Assembly: GCA_009914755.4 (NCBI GenBank)
Contig: CP068257.2
Coordinates: 2,688,001-2,752,000, forward strand
Source of the DNA: the human T2T-CHM13v2.0 reference genome, Homo sapiens
Reading direction: 5' to 3'
DNA length: 64,000 nt
Both the position numbers and the translations under genes were made by a program. The notes under the pieces were generated by a model. It made no database searches and was not told the origin of the DNA. It saw only the letters and a program-made list of their open reading frames with translations. Positions 58,701-64,000 of this stretch are shown here, in pieces (within the stretch, counting starts at the first letter, position 1; each line of letters begins with the position of its first letter).

Positions 58701-61700
58701 CCATCGTAACAGTGTTCTGGAATCCTATGTGAGGGACAAACACTCAGAACCCAGCAGCAGTGTTCTGGAATCCTATGTGAGGGACAATTATTCAGACCAC
58801 AGCTGGGGTGTTCTGGAATCCTAAGTGTGGGACAACCATTCAGACCCTCGTAGCATTGTTCTGGAATCCTAAGTGAGGAAAATACATTCAGAACACAGCA
58901 GGAGTGTTCTGGAATTCTACATGCGGGACAAACATTCAGACTCTCTTAGCAGTGTTATGGAGTCTTAGGTGAGGGACAAATATTCAGACCCTCATAGTAG
59001 TTTTCTGGAGCCCTATGTGAGGGACGAGCATTTAGACCAATGTAGAAGTGTTCTAGAATCGTATGTGAGTCACAAAACACTCAGAACCCAACAGCAGTGT
59101 TCTGGAATCCTAAGTGAGGGATAAACTTTCAGACCACAGCAGGAGTGTTCTGGAAACATAAGTGAGGGAGAAACATTCCCACGACAGCAGGAATGTTCTG
59201 GAGCCCTATGTGAGGGACAAACACTCAGACCACAGCAAGAATGCTTTGTAATCCTATGTGACAGAGAAGCATTCAGACCACAGCAGGATTGTTATGGAAT
59301 CTCATGTGAGGCACAAACACCCAGACCACAGCCGGAGTGTTCTGGAATCCTATGTGAGCATCAACCATTCAGACCACTGCAGTAGTGTTCTGGAATCCGA
59401 TGTGAAGAGCAAACATTCTGAGCCTCGTAGCATTGTTCTGTAATCTTATCTGAGGGATAAACATTCAGACTCTCTTGGCAGTGTTCTGGAATATTATGTG
59501 AGGAACAAATATTCAGACCCTCGTAGCAGTGTTCTGGAATCCTATGTGAGTGAGAAATACACAGAACCCAGCAGCAGTGTTCTGTAATCCTATGTGAGGA
59601 ACAAACATTAGGACACTCGTAGCAGTGTTCTGGAATCATATGTGAGGGAAAAACACTCAGAACCCAGCAGCACTGTTCTGGAATCCTATTTGAGGGAAAC
59701 TTTCAGACCACAGCAGGAGTATTCAGGAATCATATGTGAGGGACAAACATTCAGACCCTCATAGCCGTGTTCTGGAATCCTATGTGAGGGAGAATAATTC
59801 AGACCCTCATAGCAGTGTTCTCGAACCCCATTTGAGGGACAAACACTCAGAAGACAGCAGGACTGTTTTGGAATCCTACATGAGGGAGAAACATTCAGAC
59901 CCCAGCAGAAGTGTTCTGGAATCTTATTGCAGGTACAAACACTCAGAACCCAGCAGCAGTGTTCTGGAATCCTATGTTAGGGACTCACATTCAGAACCTC
60001 GTACCAGAGTTTTGGAATCCTCTGTGAGGGACAACCTTTCAGACCAAAGCAGCAGTGTTCTGGAATCCTATGTGAGGAATAAACATTCACAGCACAGCAG
60101 GAGTTTTCTGGTATCCTATTTAAGGGACAAACATTCAGACCCTCTTAGCAGTGTTGTGAAATCCTATGTAAAGGACAAACATTCAGACCACAGCAGTAGT
60201 GATCTGGAATCCTATGTGAAGGACAAATATTCAGAACCCTGCTGCAGTGTTCTAAAATCCTATGTGACAGACAAACATTCAAATCTTCGTAGCAGTGTTC
60301 TGGAATCCTATGCGAGGGACAAACATTCAGACCACAGCAGCACTGTTCTGGAATCCTATGTGAGAGATAAACACCCAGACCACAGCAGGAGTGTTCTGGA
60401 AGTCTATGTGATGAACAAACATTCAGAACACAGCAGGGGTGTTCTGGAATCCTGTGTGAGTGACAAACATTCACACCCAGCAGCATTGTTCTGGAGTCCT
60501 GTGTGTGGGACAAACATTCAGACCACAGCAGGAGTGTCCAGGAATCCTATGTGAGGGACAAACATTCAGACCCTCATAGCAGTGTTCTGGAGTCCTATGT
60601 GAGAGAAAAACACTCGGAAGCCAGCAGCAGATTTCTGGAATCCTATGTGAGGGACAAAGATTGAGAACCCCGTAGAAGTGTTCTGAAATCATATGTGAGG
60701 GACAAACTTCCAGACCCCAGCAGCAGTGTTCTTGAATCTTATGTGAGGGACAAACATTCAGATCAAATCAGGAGTGTTTTGGAATCCTATGTGAGGGACA
60801 AACATTCAGATTAAAGCAGGAGTGTTCTGGAATCCTAATTCAGGGACACACAGTTCAGACCACAGCAAGAGTGCCCTGGAATCCCATGTGTGGGAGAATA
60901 ATTCAGACGGTTGCTGCAGTGTTCTTGAATCCTATGAGAGGGAAAAACATTCAGACCCTCGTAGCACTGTTCTCGAATCCTATGTGAGAGACAAACACTG
61001 CGAACCCAGCAGTGTTCTGGAATCCAATGTGAGGGACAATCATTCAGACCACAGCTGGTGTGTTCTGGAATCCTACGTGTAGAACAAGCATTCAGAACCT
61101 CGTACCATTGTTCTGGAATCCTCTGTTAGGAAAATACATTCAGAACACAGAAGGAGTGTTCTGGAGTCCTATGTGCAGGACAAATATTCAGACCCTCGTA
61201 GCTGTGTTCTGGAATCCTATATGAAGGAAAAACACTAAGAACCCAGCAGCAGTGTTCCGGAATCCTATGTGAGGAACAAACATTCAGACCACAATAGCAG
61301 TGTTCTGGAGTCTTATGTGAGGGACAAACATTCAGATCCTCTTAGAAGTGTTCTGGAATCCTATGTGAGGGGCAAAGTTTTAGAACAAAGCAGCAGTGTT
61401 CTAGAATCTTATGTGAGGGGCAAAGTTTTAGAACAAAGCAGCAGTGTTCTAGAATCTTATGTGAGGGACAAACATTCAGACCACAGCAGGAGTGTTCTAG
61501 AAACCTATGTGAGGGAGAAACATTCAGTCCCAAGGAGCAGTGTTCTGGAATCCTATGTGAGGGACAGACATTTAGACCGACGTAGCAGTGTTCTGGAATC
61601 CTACGTCAGGAACAAACACTCACAACCCAGCGGCAGTGTTCTGGAATCCTATGTGAGGGACAAACATTCAGACCACAACAGGAGTGTTCTGGAATCCTAT

Positions 61701-64000
61701 GTGATGGACAAACATTCAGTACCCAGGAGCAGTGCTCTGGAATCTTATGTGAGAGACAAACATTTAGACCCACACAGCAGCGTTCTGGAATCATAAGTGT
61801 GAGACAAACACTGAGAACCTCACAGCATTGTTCTGGAATCCTAAGGGAGGAACAGATATTGAGACCACAGCAGGAATGTTTTGGAATCGTATGTGAGGGA
61901 CAAACATTCAGACGACGGCAGCAGTGTTATGGAATGCTTTGTGAGGGACAAACAGTCACAACCCAGCAGCAGTGTCCTGGAATTCTATTTTGGGACAAAC
62001 ACTCAGACAACAGAAGCAATGTTTTGGAATCCTATGTGATGGAGAAACGTTCAGACTGCAGCAGGATTGTTCTGGAATACCAAGTGAGGCACAGACAACA
62101 GCAGGAGTGTTCTGGAATCCTATGTGAGGGTCAAATTTTCAGTTGATAGCAGTAGTGCTCTGGAATCCTATGTGAGGGACAAACTTTCAGACCCTCGTAG
62201 GAGTGTTCTAGAATCCTTTCTGAGGGACAAACACTCAGAACCCAGCTGCTGTGTTCTGGAATCCAATCTGAGGTACCAATATTCAGAAGAGAGCATTAGT
62301 GTTACGGAATCCTTTGTGATTTACAATCATTCAGACATTCGCAGCAGTTTTCTGGAATCCTATGTGAGGGAGAAGCCATCAGAACCCAGCAGCAGGGTTC
62401 TGGAATCCTATGTGAGAAAAAATCATTCAGAGCACAGCTAGGGTGCTCTGGAATTCTACGTGTGGGACTAGCATTCAGAACCTCGTAGCATTGTTCCGGA
62501 ATCCTAGGTTAGGGAAACACATTCAGAACACAGCAGGTGTGTTCTGGAGTCCTATGTACGGGACAAACATTCAGACCCTTGTAGCAGTGTTCTGGAATCC
62601 TATGTGTGCGGCAAACATTCAGACCCTCATAGCAGTGTTCTGGAATCCTATGTGAGGGACAAGCACTTAAACCCAAGTAGCAGTGCTCTGCAATTGTACT
62701 TGAGGGACAAGCACTGTGAATCCAACAGCAGTGTTCTGTAATCCTGAGTGAGGGACAAACATTCAGACCACAGCAGGAGTGTTCTGGAATCGTAAGTGAG
62801 GAACAAACATTCAGACTCCAGCATGTGTGTTCTGGTATCCTATGTGAGGGAAAATAATTTAGACGCTTGTAGCAGTGTTCTGGAATCCTATGTGAGGGAC
62901 CAACATTCAGACCCTCGTAGCAGTGTTCTGGAGTCCTATGTGAGGGACAAACATTTAGACCCATGTAACACTGTTCTGGAATCAAACATCAGGGAAAAAC
63001 ACTCAGAACCCAAAAGCAGTGTTATGGAATCCTACATAAGGGACAATAATTCAGACCCTCGTAGCAGTGTTCTGGAATCCTATTAGAGGGGCAAACATTC
63101 AGACCCTCGTAGCAGTGTTCTGAATTCTATTTGAGGGACAACACTCAGAACCCAGTGACACTGTTGTAGAATGCTTTGTGTGGGGCAATCATTCAGACCA
63201 CAGCTAGGGTGTTCTGGAATCCTACGTGTGAGACAAACATTCAGATCCTCGTAGCAGTGTTCTGGAATCTTACGTGAGGGACAAACATTGAGACTCTCGT
63301 AGCAGTGTTCTGGAATCCTATGTGAAGGACAAACACTCAGAACCCAGAAGCAGTGATCTGGATTCCTATGTAAGGGACAAACATTCAGACCACAGCAGGA
63401 GAGTTCTCGAAACCTAAGTGAGGAACAAACACTCAGACCACAGCAGGAATGTTTTGGAATCCTATGTGAGGGAGAAATATTCAGACCACAGCAGGATTAT
63501 TCTGGAATCCCATGTGAGGCACAAACACCCAGACCACAGCAGGAGTGTTCTGGAATCCTATGTGAGGGTCAACCATTCAGACAACAGCAGTAGTGTCCTG
63601 GAATCCTATGTGAAGGACAAACATTCAGAACCTCGCAACAGTGTTCTGGAATCGTATGATAGGGACAAACACTCAGAACCCAGCAGCAGAGTTCTGGAAT
63701 GTTATGTGAGAGACAAAATCTCAGACCCCAGCAGCAGTGTTCTGGCATCCTATGTGAGGGATAAACACTCAGAAAGTAGCAGCAGTGTTCTGGAATCCTA
63801 TTAGAAGGACAAACATTCAGACGAGAGCAGGAGTGTTCTGGTATCCTATGTGAGGTACAATCATTCAGTCCCTCGTAGCAGTGTTCTGGAATCCTATGTG
63901 AGGGACAAACATTTAAACTCTCGTAGCAGTGTTCTGGAATCCCATATCTGGGAGAAACACTTAGACACATATAGCACTGTTCTGGATCCCTACGTGAGGG
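52800..64000. repeat. Distinct satellite sub-domain with its own variant monomers and roughly 0.8-1.1 kb block periodicity (super-period about 1.9-2.0 kb)
   Basis: Variant monomers that are rare or absent upstream recur here. They are ...gagggagaataattcagacc..., ...gaggcacaaacacccagaccacagcagg... and ...gagggtcaaccattcagaccacagcag[ct]agtgttctgg.... Similar ORF peptides start at 55806, 56621, 57721, 58537, 59736 and 63418, with spacings of 815, 1100, 816 and 1199 bp, which are 17, 23, 17 and 25 monomers. The ATACATGTAGACC marker monomer that is common at 4-15 kb is not seen here. Confidence 0.7.

Larger units (their letters stand above)
17513..64000. repeat. 48-bp tandem satellite array (CER/D22Z3-like), distal segment. 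It has the same orientation and phase as the proximal segment and continues to the window end
   Basis: The same 48-bp monomer family runs uninterrupted for about 46.5 kb. The only non-satellite insertion I saw is a roughly 42-bp AT-rich stretch at about 46475-46517. The array does not end within the window. Confidence 0.97.

Overview
This window is primate (almost certainly human) heterochromatic DNA. I found no credible protein-coding gene and no novel biological system. All of the long six-frame ORFs are by-products of a 48-bp tandem repeat, because 48 is divisible by 3 and the reading frame is therefore preserved across monomers.

Layout of the window:
- 1-1474: non-satellite sequence of unclear class.
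- 1489-1737: a 5'-truncated Alu on the minus strand, flanked by a ~13-bp target-site duplication AGAGTAAGTCTTT.
- 1987-3130: the 3' part of an L1 on the minus strand (poly-T/(TTTTA)n tail, 3' UTR, ORF2 C-terminus).
- 3131-4034: an L1 ORF2 endonuclease-region fragment on the plus strand, abutting the minus-strand L1. The pair looks like a twin-priming-type inversion whose inverted arm is cut off by the satellite.
- 4035 to the end of the window (about 60 kb): one continuous, single-orientation tandem array of a 48-bp satellite. Its consensus is close to GTTCTGGAATCCTATGTGAGGGACAAACATTCAGACCCTCGTAGCAGT, which from memory fits the CER/D22Z3-type 48-bp satellite of acrocentric and pericentromeric regions.
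- 16538-17506: the only large interruption of the array, a 969-bp HERV-K (HML-2) LTR5 solo LTR on the plus strand, bounded by a perfect 6-bp target-site duplication GAATTC. The satellite resumes in phase after it.

The array is not uniform. It is a mosaic of local higher-order-repeat domains: marker monomers spaced about 480 bp apart at 4.2-5.2 kb; three tandem copies of a roughly 2.0-2.4 kb unit at about 7.1-13 kb; a roughly 720-bp unit duplicated at 38.8-40.1 kb; and a compositionally distinct domain at about 52-64 kb. There are also several exact one-monomer tandem duplications, a recurrent EcoRI-site-bearing monomer subtype (the LTR target), CpG decay at the single CpG per monomer, a 12-bp inverted repeat exactly at the L1/satellite junction, and a 42-bp AT-rich micro-insertion with 8-bp flanking direct repeats.
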